64,000 bases of DNA. Origin: a virus (Duplodnaviria; Caudoviricetes). Shown one piece after another: positions 17,538-25,185 of the stretch. The notes under the pieces were generated by a model, which saw only the letters and a list, made by a program, of their open reading frames with translations, had not been told where the DNA came from and made no database searches. The stretch's first letter is position 1. Every line of letters starts with the position of its first letter. The position numbers and the translations under genes were made by a program. The stretch is from IMG/VR virus record IMGVR_UViG_3300030330_005745, positions 18,949 through 82,948 of that record, one strand, 5' to 3'.

Positions 17538-19328
17538 TCAGGACTTTAGTTGTTCCTCACGGACGTGCAACGCTTCCTTGAATGCATGTTCAACATTGGA
17601 ACGTTCAACATCATCAAGACGTTTGTTACCTACATCCGCAATTTGAACAACGCTCATCACACCGTTGTCAACCGTTAGTTGAATGGTGTAACGAGGTTTG
17701 TTCTCGATCATGCACAAGATGATGAGATGTTTCATCTTCTTGATTCCTTCTGCATATCCATGTCCACCACCAACGCAGTTACGTACGGCACGGCCCCACG
17801 CAGCAAGTTGGTGTGTGTCATGCGGTTGGAAGAACGAGAAGTAACCATCGCCAGGTAGGGTGCCTGACTGTGTGTGGTTGATTACATCGTTGAAAGGGAT
17901 ACGCATGGGGTTTGGAAACAATTTCTGTGGTAGATCAATGTTGGGGTTGGTGATCTTCCAGGTCTCTGCCATGAGATGGTCATGCCATTCCTGGAGACGC
18001 CAACGCTTTGGCTTGATGTTGTCGAGCCGACCGGATGCAATGCATTGGGTCAGCATCTGATAGGTATCACGCCAAAGATGGAAGTAAATATGTATGTTGC
18101 CTGTCTTACTATCTGTGCTGATGTATTCTCTTTCTTCTAGTTCACGTTGGTAATACGTGTGCATCATGTTGAGGTATGACTCAACAGGAAGATTGTCACG
18201 CATCCATTGTTTACCTGTATCACTGTGATAACCAGGAAATTCACAGCAACGCAACCAGTTGTACCTGGAATGAAGCAGGTTTAGATCCATGTCACGATAA
18301 ATAGCTTTAACGTGATGCATTGAATCAATAAACTGATTAAGAATTGCATACGGTCTGACAAGAAGCCTGACATCATATTCATCTTTTTCAGTTTCTTCTT
18401 CATGGATGGCAAAGGTATCTTTCATGGCTTGTGCCACCATTGATCTAAACCATTTAGCGGACCACACATCTTCTAACCAAGGACCACTCCAACGTTTACG
18501 TAATAGATCAATAATGGTATCAACATCGTGAACATAATCATCGCCTCCAGACAACCACTTAGGCCTTGAATAAGACCCCGACATAATTTTTGTGAAGGTA
18601 CAATTTGCTGGGTTCAAACGTTTGAAATAATGAGCATTATTATTGCCGATAAATGTAGGGATACCTTTAAGTAATTCTGCTTGCCATTTATTAATAGCCT
18701 TTGAAATTTCATGAGTAGCACCCCAGGTGTTGATGCGATGAGTTTCGGTTACTTTCCTCCAATAACTACCGGTGTAACCATCAACAAACTCATCTTTGGT
18801 AAAGAATAAAGTTTTGCGATACCAGAAGGTACGGCCATCTTTGATGCGTGGGAGCATGTCATCTTGTGTGCCATGCACATGATCAAACATTCCTTTATTG
18901 ACATAACTGCCTTTAGCAATAAAACGTTCATCGCATTGCTTACGTGCTGCAGCTGTATCTTTGAAGGTAAAGCTAAGGCCATAGACATAGCCATCATCTT
19001 TACGTCGTGGTATCCAGGCAGCAACCCACAGTTGTTTGTGGTAGTAAATAACTGCCACAGGTTTAGGTTCTTCACCGAAGACAGGCTTGGTAATTAGGTG
19101 TACCTTTCCTTGTTTGACAGACTTTGAATTGATGTTGTCAACAACTTCGTTCCAAGTTCTGTCGTTGACGATGTCAGATGGGATAAGGTTCGAGGGCCTG
19201 CCGTTGGGATGTGTATTCTTCTTTTTGGCTTTGCGATCTTCTGCAGCCATGACAGCTGCAAGTTTCTTGCGGGTTTGGTCATAGCCTGCAACTTCAAGTG
19301 CAAGCTGATCGGGGAGATTGAAATGCAT
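17538..19328 (-). CDS. PcfJ-like domain protein
   Basis: C-terminal QPHDTHQLAAWGRAVRNCVG..Y...IILCM...YTIQL and LQEWHD. Confidence 0.7.
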   Translation of the reverse strand: MHFNLPDQLALEVAGYDQTRKKLAAVMAAEDRKAKKKNTHPNGRPSNLIPSDIVNDRTWNEVVDNINSKSVKQGKVHLITKPVFGEEPKPVAVIYYHKQLWVAAWIPRRKDDGYVYGLSFTFKDTAAARKQCDERFIAKGSYVNKGMFDHVHGTQDDMLPRIKDGRTFWYRKTLFFTKDEFVDGYTGSYWRKVTETHRINTWGATHEISKAINKWQAELLKGIPTFIGNNNAHYFKRLNPANCTFTKIMSGSYSRPKWLSGGDDYVHDVDTIIDLLRKRWSGPWLEDVWSAKWFRSMVAQAMKDTFAIHEEETEKDEYDVRLLVRPYAILNQFIDSMHHVKAIYRDMDLNLLHSRYNWLRCCEFPGYHSDTGKQWMRDNLPVESYLNMMHTYYQRELEEREYISTDSKTGNIHIYFHLWRDTYQMLTQCIASGRLDNIKPKRWRLQEWHDHLMAETWKITNPNIDLPQKLFPNPMRIPFNDVINHTQSGTLPGDGYFSFFQPHDTHQLAAWGRAVRNCVGGGHGYAEGIKKMKHLIILCMIENKPRYTIQLTVDNGVMSVVQIADVGNKRLDDVERSNVEHAFKEALHVREEQLKS

Positions 19329-19351
19329 GATGTTGTGTAGGTATGAGAAAG

Positions 19352-19378
19352 GGGCAGTTTAGTGTCATGCCCAGGACA
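19352..19378 (-). ncRNA. 27-nt leader pseudoknot, copy 4
   Basis: TGTC-CT-GGGCA-T-GACA-CTAAAC-TGCCC; 23 nt before an ATG. Confidence 0.75.
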
Positions 19379-19384
19379 TTTGAG

Positions 19385-19642
19385 TCAGTCTAGATACCGA
19401 TCGGATGTGTCAATGACTTTCCAGTTAAGGTCAAGATCATCAACGTAACGGAGGAAAGCAGCTCCATCGTGGGGGAATGGTACCTCTGGATCAACTGCAA
19501 AGCTTGCTTCGCATAGTGCCGGGCCGTATTCAGCAGGTTCAAGCATAGTTTGTGCATGGACAAGAACCATGTCTTCAACCGTTGCTTCCACATAGACACG
19601 TTGATCGTCAAAGGTAGTTTCATGGATTGAGATAACAGCCAT
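19385..19642 (-). CDS. hypothetical protein
   Basis: 85-aa ORF with EPAEYGPALC. Confidence 0.6.
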   Translation of the reverse strand: MAVISIHETTFDDQRVYVEATVEDMVLVHAQTMLEPAEYGPALCEASFAVDPEVPFPHDGAAFLRYVDDLDLNWKVIDTSDRYLD

Positions 19643-19905
19643 TAGTTGATCTGTTTGCGAACGGTCAGATGTTTGACCATGGCATAACCCATGGAATGAA
19701 TCGATGAATCCTTCGATGCAAAGATCCCATTGGGACCATACTCCTCAAAGTATTCTTCGAAGGCATCAATGATGCGTTGCCTGTTGCTCATGTCTGCAGT
19801 TCTGTATGCAGCCATAAGTTTTTGAGCAAAGCCGCCACCGTAGGTTTCGATGCGTTGGACAGTTGCTTCGATCGTTGGATCGGTAGGTGTGAGCTTGTTG
19901 AGCAT
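19642..19905 (-). CDS. conserved phage hypothetical protein
   Basis: YGGGFAQKLMAAYRTADMSNRQRIIDAFEEYFEEY. Confidence 0.65.
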   Translation of the reverse strand: MLNKLTPTDPTIEATVQRIETYGGGFAQKLMAAYRTADMSNRQRIIDAFEEYFEEYGPNGIFASKDSSIHSMGYAMVKHLTVRKQIN

Positions 19906-19913
19906 GAGTTGAT

Positions 19914-20111
19914 TTAGAACAGTTTGATGTTGCGCTTGGACAGGCCAGTGCCCGGGATTCCAACGGAACCACGGACACCAGACCCACGAACATTCATTGT
20001 GAACAAGAATGGTCCAAGCTTGATTGATTTGCTGAATGACTTCACACCACGTTCAGTGATGTTGAAGCCACCGACAGTTTTGTCGAAGTTGAATGCAGAT
20101 CTTTTAGTCAT
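19914..20111 (-). CDS. DUF4236-like protein
   Basis: FSKSIKLGPF..NV..SGV..SVGIPGTGLS. Confidence 0.65.
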   Translation of the reverse strand: MTKRSAFNFDKTVGGFNITERGVKSFSKSIKLGPFLFTMNVRGSGVRGSVGIPGTGLSKRNIKLF

Positions 20112-20445
20112 TTAGTGGAATACTTTTGCGTTTAAATGGTTCAGTCCAGGGAGTACGATGATCCATGTAAATAATGTCATCGGTATGTGAGGTGACGTCA
20201 CCTTTGTAAGCTTTGAAGAAATAACGATCAGCTTCTTTGTACTTTGGTACAAAACAAGACTCACTGGCAAATTCCCAGTCAGCAAGCTGACAACAAAGCT
20301 CTTCATAAACTTCAAAAGGATCTTGTCTTTGATCTTGGAACTTTTGATTCCAAGCGTCAAAATCCCCCCTGGTCATTACAGCTTCTTCAATAATTGGAAC
20401 AAGTCTGTAATGAACAAGAGTTACAAGTTCTTGTTTGTCTGTCAT
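20104..20445 (-). CDS. hypothetical protein
   Basis: 113-aa ORF coupled to its neighbours. Confidence 0.55.
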   Translation of the reverse strand: MTDKQELVTLVHYRLVPIIEEAVMTRGDFDAWNQKFQDQRQDPFEVYEELCCQLADWEFASESCFVPKYKEADRYFFKAYKGDVTSHTDDIIYMDHRTPWTEPFKRKSIPLND

Positions 20446-20663
20446 TGTTTGTCGGGATTGAGAGCGTCAGGCAGGATGTACCTTGGATCATCCTTTTCCA
20501 TGTTCGACATAACGAACACTTCTCCTGTATTTGGATCAAGGAATCCACCGATGAATCCTGCGCCGCAAGAGTCAGCTTTTTCCCTGAGTTGTGCAGTGAG
20601 CTGCATCATGCGCAGCTTGGTGGACTGTGGAGTGTTGTCCGGTACAGCAGGTTGGTTTGGCAT
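20442..20663 (-). CDS. hypothetical protein
   Basis: MPNQPAV...GFIGGFLDPNTGEVFVMSNM; start uncertain (20732 is an alternative). Confidence 0.55.
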   Translation of the reverse strand: MPNQPAVPDNTPQSTKLRMMQLTAQLREKADSCGAGFIGGFLDPNTGEVFVMSNMEKDDPRYILPDALNPDKQ

Positions 20664-20789
20664 AGTGAAATCAGGTGTAGGAATGGTGAATGAATGAGCA
20701 GTGTAGGCGGTGGTTTCACCGATGATTAACATAGAACTTTAGCTTTTCTTAAGGATGCCGAAGACAAAGGCCCCGACATCCCAAGGTAT

Positions 20790-21032
20790 CTACTTGTAAT
20801 GCAGTTGTCTAGTCCTGTAATCCAAGACGCTTTCCGTCCATGTGGAATCAGGATGATCAAGGACAGCACGGCGGGCTTTTTCGACGGCCTCTTCCGTGCC
20901 ACCACAGTTCAACATCAATGCAACAGCAGTGTCTAGGTCTGCGAGCAGATGTGAGACAGCATTTGGAAGTCCACGGGGTATAGTTCTACCTTTCTGTTCG
21001 TAATACTCAGTGATGTAGTCAGGATAATCCAT
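20790..21032 (-). CDS. hypothetical protein
   Basis: 80-aa ORF. Confidence 0.55.
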   Translation of the reverse strand: MDYPDYITEYYEQKGRTIPRGLPNAVSHLLADLDTAVALMLNCGGTEEAVEKARRAVLDHPDSTWTESVLDYRTRQLHYK

Positions 21033-21057
21033 GAGATGAAGAAGAAAGATTGAAGGG

Positions 21058-21249
21058 TTATCTATAAGAACTAAAAGATATCTTGGTACTCTCCCTGCGG
21101 GGGTCCGGGGGGATTGATTCTTCTACTTCGATCAATCCCATGTTCTTACCTTCTGTATCAATCTGTGATGCCAGATGTCTTGCAAATGCACCACGTCTTC
21201 TTGGATTGAAGACTGTCTTCTTGGGCTTGTTTGTCCTGGGACGTGCCAT
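21058..21249 (-). CDS. basic hypothetical protein
   Basis: MARPRTNKPKK..., coupled to the upstream stop. Confidence 0.5.
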   Translation of the reverse strand: MARPRTNKPKKTVFNPRRRGAFARHLASQIDTEGKNMGLIEVEESIPPDPRRESTKISFSSYR

Positions 21250-21605
21250 CAAATTAAAGCGAGGATGGTCAGCCAACTATCGGGGTGGTCAGGTTCGACT
21301 TCATCGTCTGCCGGTGTTAAGCAGGTTGAATCGAGTGCCCACTCCTCGATTTCTCCGTTGGAAGGGACAGGGTACCATCCTTCGAGCGAGTCCTCGATGT
21401 TTTCTGGCTTCCAGTAACACTGGAGTTTGCCACTTGGGTCTTTGAAGACACAGCCCGTGATCGGGTGCGTGTTTTCGTCTTCTTGGTTGTAGAGGAGCGG
21501 GTCGTAGTTGACTTCTGCGGGGAACTGCTCTTGGCACTCCTCTTCTGTGAAGGGGACGTAACCGGTGAGTTCTTCTGCGATGCGTTTGGTTTCTGGATGA
21601 AGCAT
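21249..21605 (-). CDS. acidic hypothetical protein
   Basis: 118 aa; GWYPVPSNGEIEEWALDS.C.TP..DEVEPDHPDSWL. Confidence 0.65.
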   Translation of the reverse strand: MLHPETKRIAEELTGYVPFTEEECQEQFPAEVNYDPLLYNQEDENTHPITGCVFKDPSGKLQCYWKPENIEDSLEGWYPVPSNGEIEEWALDSTCLTPADDEVEPDHPDSWLTILALI

Positions 21606-21694
21606 GAGATCAACTCCGTGATGATGATTGAGATGATGACAATGATGTGCAGGATGACATCATCGTGTGTGTCATTCTTGGTGGTAGTCGGCAT
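21317..21694 (-). CDS. single-TM protein with a long basic Ser/Thr/Lys tail, overlapping the next gene
   Basis: MPTTTK..VILHIIVIISIIITELISCF followed by a low-complexity tail; 289-nt overlap. Confidence 0.45.
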   Translation of the reverse strand: MPTTTKNDTHDDVILHIIVIISIIITELISCFIQKPNASQKNSPVTSPSQKRSAKSSSPQKSTTTRSSTTKKTKTRTRSRAVSSKTQVANSSVTGSQKTSRTRSKDGTLSLPTEKSRSGHSIQPA

Positions 21695-21848
21695 CGCCTG
21701 CCACCTCCTCTGACATGAGTTCTTGCATGAGCTGTTCTTGCTCGTTGGCAATGTCGTTGAGAACGAATTGCTGGTCTTGGGTGTACTCAGTTTTGACAGC
21801 ATCGTTGAGACGTTGCTGGTCGAGTAGCCAGGTCTTGATAAGAGACAT
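21672..21848 (-). CDS. hypothetical protein, 58 aa
   Basis: Manual ORF MSLIKTWLLDQQRLND...; preceded by pseudoknot copy 5. Confidence 0.6.
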   Translation of the reverse strand: MSLIKTWLLDQQRLNDAVKTEYTQDQQFVLNDIANEQEQLMQELMSEEVAGDADYHQE

Positions 21849-21871
21849 GATGTGAAATGGTATAGGTCAGT

Positions 21872-21898
21872 GAGTAGTTTAAGGACGTGCTCAGGTCC
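21872..21898 (-). ncRNA. 27-nt leader pseudoknot, copy 5
   Basis: GGAC-CT-GAGCA-C-GTCC-TTAAAC-TACTC; compensatory changes in P1. Confidence 0.7.
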
Positions 21899-21903
21899 AT
21901 TGG

Positions 21904-22077
21904 TCAGTCACTGTAGTGTTGTTTGAGTTTGTGATAATTGGCATTCACCCACTCATCCAAGCCATACATGACGATTTGAATTGGATCTTGACCGGATAAT
22001 TCTCCGAGTTCAATCAATCGATCCATTGTTCTTTGTGAATAAAGAATCTGCTGGAGAAGTTCGTTTGATTCAGTCAT
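21904..22077 (-). CDS. hypothetical protein
   Basis: Start moved to MTESNELL. Confidence 0.5.
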   Translation of the reverse strand: MTESNELLQQILYSQRTMDRLIELGELSGQDPIQIVMYGLDEWVNANYHKLKQHYSD

Positions 22078-22288
22078 CGGAGTAGTCCGCGCAGATGATC
22101 TGGCACAGGACTTTACCCGGGAAGTTGTCGTGGAATTTGGCATAAGCTTGACCGATAGTAGAACCACTGACCTTGTAGAAGTGTCGCGATTGCATCGGTT
22201 GCTCACCGACATCAGCTTGGTCGACGTACATGATTTCCCAATCGCGTACGTCTCCTTCCGGGCCAGGATTTAGTGATTGATACGGCAT
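22070..22288 (-). CDS. hypothetical protein
   Basis: Start moved to MPYQSLNP. Confidence 0.5.
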   Translation of the reverse strand: MPYQSLNPGPEGDVRDWEIMYVDQADVGEQPMQSRHFYKVSGSTIGQAYAKFHDNFPGKVLCQIICADYSDD

Positions 22289-22312
22289 AGATTGTGTGCA
22301 ACCACACACATC

Positions 22313-22570
22313 CTAGTCAGCCGTATGTCTTGTGATTGGAAGGTCATACTTCTCAATCAACATTGACTCAAATTGAGCCAATACTTTTACCTTGGAACCT
22401 TTGAAGCCGTACTCTTTCTTCACAGTTGAATACACACTGGGAAGGTTACGAGACAGCTTCATGCCTTTGGTTTCAAGCAGTAAAGCTTTGTGGAGAGTGA
22501 GAAGTCTGAACTTGGAGGTGTCATCGCCAGTAATAACGAAGCCACCGTCGTCATAGGTTTGAATAGCCAT
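22313..22570 (-). CDS. conserved phage hypothetical protein
   Basis: FRLLTLHKALLLETKGMKLSR..SVY..VKKEYGFKGSK.KVL.Q. Confidence 0.65.
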   Translation of the reverse strand: MAIQTYDDGGFVITGDDTSKFRLLTLHKALLLETKGMKLSRNLPSVYSTVKKEYGFKGSKVKVLAQFESMLIEKYDLPITRHTAD

Positions 22571-22571
22571 G

Positions 22572-22593
22572 AAAAAACCCGGCGTGTGCCGGG
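22572..22593 (-). terminator. terminator-like hairpin abutting the next ATG
   Basis: CCCGGC-ACAC-GCCGGG-TTTTTT-C-ATG. Confidence 0.6.
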
Positions 22594-22618
22594 TGGTAGT
22601 GTGTGAGTTAGTTGAAAG

Positions 22619-23062
22619 TTACACCGTTACATGACGCCATGCACGGTTCGCATGGATGTTTGCAATGGTGTCTTTAGATACGCTGTAGCCTTGAGCAATG
22701 TCCATGTAAGCTTTGTGCTTACTGCCGTACTCTTTCATCATCCCTTGGTTGTTCAAGATCTCTTTGATCTCACGAACGTCAGACTCAGAGAGCTTGGGGT
22801 TACCACGACGGCCAGTCTTGGAGTCGTTGGTGATTTTGGACACCAGCATCTTGACTGGTGCAGAGGGATGAATTTGTTTGGTGGTGTCTGGTGCCTCGAT
22901 CAGATCTGCGATTGGTGCTGCGAGAGCAAACTTCAGATCCATGGTGCGTGCTCCCTTCTTAATGGAGAAGGTAACGCTGCTGTCATTGCTGATAACGCAG
23001 ACGTGATCAGGGGTGGAGACGTTGATTTCGGACAAGTTGTCCATGGGATTTGTCGAGTACAT
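22619..23062 (-). CDS. protein with a C-terminal HNH-associated-type HTH
   Basis: GNPKLSESDVREIK...IAQGYSVSKDTIANIHANRAWRHV. Confidence 0.65.
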   Translation of the reverse strand: MYSTNPMDNLSEINVSTPDHVCVISNDSSVTFSIKKGARTMDLKFALAAPIADLIEAPDTTKQIHPSAPVKMLVSKITNDSKTGRRGNPKLSESDVREIKEILNNQGMMKEYGSKHKAYMDIAQGYSVSKDTIANIHANRAWRHVTV

Positions 23063-23147
23063 GCAAAAGATAGTGAGTCTTGGGAGTAAAGCAACCCCTG
23101 CTTACGAGCTGTTGTAATAGTGATGGGCGCAAGCAGGGGGAGGGGGT

Positions 23148-23342
23148 CTACTGTGCGAGATAGCTGATATGGATGCAGTATTTGGCATCACCCAGGAAAG
23201 ACTTGTAGGTCACAAGTCTGTGGTAGTCAGCCATTCGTTTGCATGTTGCCGTTTCATGGGCGTTCATGGCTTTCTGCCCCACAATGACGAGGAGAAAACC
23301 AAGACCAGCACCAAGAAGGACGGCGGTTATGGGCTTAGTCAT
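23148..23342 (-). CDS. small membrane-anchored protein
   Basis: N-terminal hydrophobic helix, later CxxM and AKYC. Confidence 0.55.
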   Translation of the reverse strand: MTKPITAVLLGAGLGFLLVIVGQKAMNAHETATCKRMADYHRLVTYKSFLGDAKYCIHISYLAQ

Positions 23343-23371
23343 GAGCTAGTGACTGTTAAGAAAAGATTAAG

Positions 23372-23416
23372 CAGGATGGTGAGTCCTGCAGAGAAGGCCC
23401 GAAGGCCCTCAGTGCA
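23372..23416. repeat. 45-bp direct repeat, copy 1 (cUUCGg hairpin on the minus strand)
   Basis: 44/45 identical to 23736..23780. Confidence 0.9.
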
Positions 23417-23420
23417 GAAG

Positions 23421-23714
23421 TCAATCAACTGACCGTAGAACTTCAATGATCCAACGACAAGTCTTTGCTTTGTCGAGATCAATTGCTTCATCTATGAATT
23501 GATAGTCATACCATTTATCATCGACACAGAAATCGATGCATCCACTTTTCAGATGAGCTCTTGGAATGTTCTTCCAATTTGATTCTTCATTTACATTGAT
23601 AGAAAAGAATGCAAACAGAACACCACATTTAGAAACTTGTAGTTCAAAATCTTCATCAAAGGCATTGATCCATTCAGTTTGTCTAATAACTTCTTTGAGA
23701 GAGCCACGGGTCAT
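23421..23714 (-). CDS. AT-rich hypothetical protein between the direct repeats
   Basis: Start moved to MTRGSL; 97 aa. Confidence 0.6.
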   Translation of the reverse strand: MTRGSLKEVIRQTEWINAFDEDFELQVSKCGVLFAFFSINVNEESNWKNIPRAHLKSGCIDFCVDDKWYDYQFIDEAIDLDKAKTCRWIIEVLRSVD

Positions 23715-23735
23715 GAGATGCTTTGCAATGTAATA

Positions 23736-23780
23736 CAGGATGTTGAGTCCTGCAGAGAAGGCCCGAAGGCCCTCAGTGCA
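23736..23780. repeat. 45-bp direct repeat, copy 2
   Basis: 44/45 identical to 23372..23416. Confidence 0.9.
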
Positions 23781-23784
23781 AGAG

Positions 23785-24183
23785 TCAGAGACTTGCCGCT
23801 TGTTCAGGCGTAAGCTCTTTGGAGAACGGTTTGTCGGCCTTGGGTTGTGGCTTGGAGCCAAAGATGTACTGCTGCACGGTCATCTGCAGCTCTGGCTTTT
23901 GGAGTGGCTTTAGCTCATCGTCCTTCATGTAGAAGGCACGGATTGCTTTGATGCGACCCATGAGTGTCAGCTCCTGACCGGTCTGCAGGTTGCCGTTGCG
24001 GTATGCAGTGAGCAACCCATTGCTGTTGGTGAAGTGAACACATGCAGTAATCTCATCACTGAGATTGGTGTACACCTTGACAGACAAGAAGTTCTGGTCG
24101 TTGTACTCAACCTCTTCGAGATTGGCAACACGACCGTGTACCGTCAGCTGTTGAGCGTCGGGATACTTGATGGATTCAGTCAT
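23785..24183 (-). CDS. second SSB-like OB-fold protein
   Basis: LTVHGRVAN...FLSVKVYTN...GQELTLMGRI pattern. Confidence 0.55.
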   Translation of the reverse strand: MTESIKYPDAQQLTVHGRVANLEEVEYNDQNFLSVKVYTNLSDEITACVHFTNSNGLLTAYRNGNLQTGQELTLMGRIKAIRAFYMKDDELKPLQKPELQMTVQQYIFGSKPQPKADKPFSKELTPEQAASL

Positions 24184-24272
24184 GGTTTGAACTGAGGTAG
24201 TGTGCTGGAGCCCATCCCAGCTTTGGGCAATAACTGCCGAAGGGTTTGCACCTTCGGACCCGCTTGTACGGA

Positions 24273-24410
24273 TCAGTTGGGTTCAATGAAGCGTGCAATC
24301 TTGCGACGCACGTCATTAGTTTTCCTGATCAATTGTTCCTTTGATCTGTCATGCTGCAGCTTGTGTGCTGCTGCGATCAGACCGGAGGCAATGGTCTTGC
24401 GAATTCCCAT
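24273..24410 (-). CDS. basic hypothetical protein, 45 aa; first gene of the minus-strand arm
   Basis: MGIRKTIASGLIAAAHKL...; internal ATG of track ORF 24273..24572. Confidence 0.5.
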   Translation of the reverse strand: MGIRKTIASGLIAAAHKLQHDRSKEQLIRKTNDVRRKIARFIEPN

Positions 24411-24438
24411 GGTGAATAAAGAATCAGAATGAATGATC

Positions 24439-24469
24439 TTGGACTTACTTGTGATACTCACAATGCCAA
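24439..24469 (-). ncRNA. GGCAU/GUAAGUCC stem-loop, copy C
   Basis: TTGG-CATT-GTGA-GTA-TCAC-AAGTAAGT-CCAA. Confidence 0.5.
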
Positions 24470-24823
24470 GTTGACTTACAGTTCTACGCCGCGCCGGGTA
24501 GGCGAAGGCTCTAAATCCGATCTCATGCGCAATAATTACGATGAAAACGCCAGTATTTATACTCAAATTCAATCATTTCTATCTAATTGTTGTGGAATGG
24601 TGACATAAACACGGCTAATCGAAGGGTTCGCACTGCACATCGAAGGCAGTACATGGTACCCATGCCGTAGTTTCTTTTTTTTCCTTACACATGCGCAATC
24701 GGACAGGCGGTGGGAGAACCGTCAGGTAAATTTGTTCCCTATTCGAGACATATAGGGGTCCAAACTTTTAAGTAAAAATGCGATTTTGTACGTAAACCGG
24801 GGACTTTGCCCAAGAAAACACAC

Positions 24824-24850
24824 AAAAAAACCAGGTATTTCTACCTGGCC
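24824..24850 (-). terminator. intrinsic terminator
   Basis: CCAGGTA-GAAA-TACCTGG-TTTTTTT after gene 24875..25087. Confidence 0.75.
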
Positions 24851-24874
24851 ATAATTTAAATTTTCAAAAAATTA

Positions 24875-25087
24875 TTATTCTCCCTGTTTGCGCCTATATG
24901 CGATCACCGCTTTGGCAGCTTTTTGGAATGCATCCTCGTCAGGCAACTCATATGCCAGTTCTTTCTTGGCGGAAGTAACGAAGTCCCGCACTTCGAGGGA
25001 GTCTTTACCCTCTGCAGCCATACTTAATGCTTTATTTTTGATGGCTTCCAGGCCTTCAACCCGTTTTTGGCGCGTACCTGCGTCCAT
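24875..25087 (-). CDS. hypothetical protein
   Basis: 70-aa helical ORF with its own terminator. Confidence 0.6.
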   Translation of the reverse strand: MDAGTRQKRVEGLEAIKNKALSMAAEGKDSLEVRDFVTSAKKELAYELPDEDAFQKAAKAVIAYRRKQGE

Positions 25088-25185
25088 TTCCTGGTTCTTT
25101 ACAGTATTCTCTAAATATAACCGTCCTATTTCTTGGATTTCTCAAGAATAGAATGTGTGAAGGCAAATAAACAGCTATAAGGGCT

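Noticed and set aside
7722-21898. Pseudoknot repeat as a pistol ribozyme or preQ1/SAM-II riboswitch
   Set aside because: The P1-loop-TAAA start resembles pistol, but P2/P3 and the catalytic core are absent; the ligand-binding consensus of the others is not matched
23372-23780. Direct repeat as a hammerhead ribozyme or CRISPR repeat
   Set aside because: No CUGAUGA/GAAA core; only two copies separated by a gene; no cas genes
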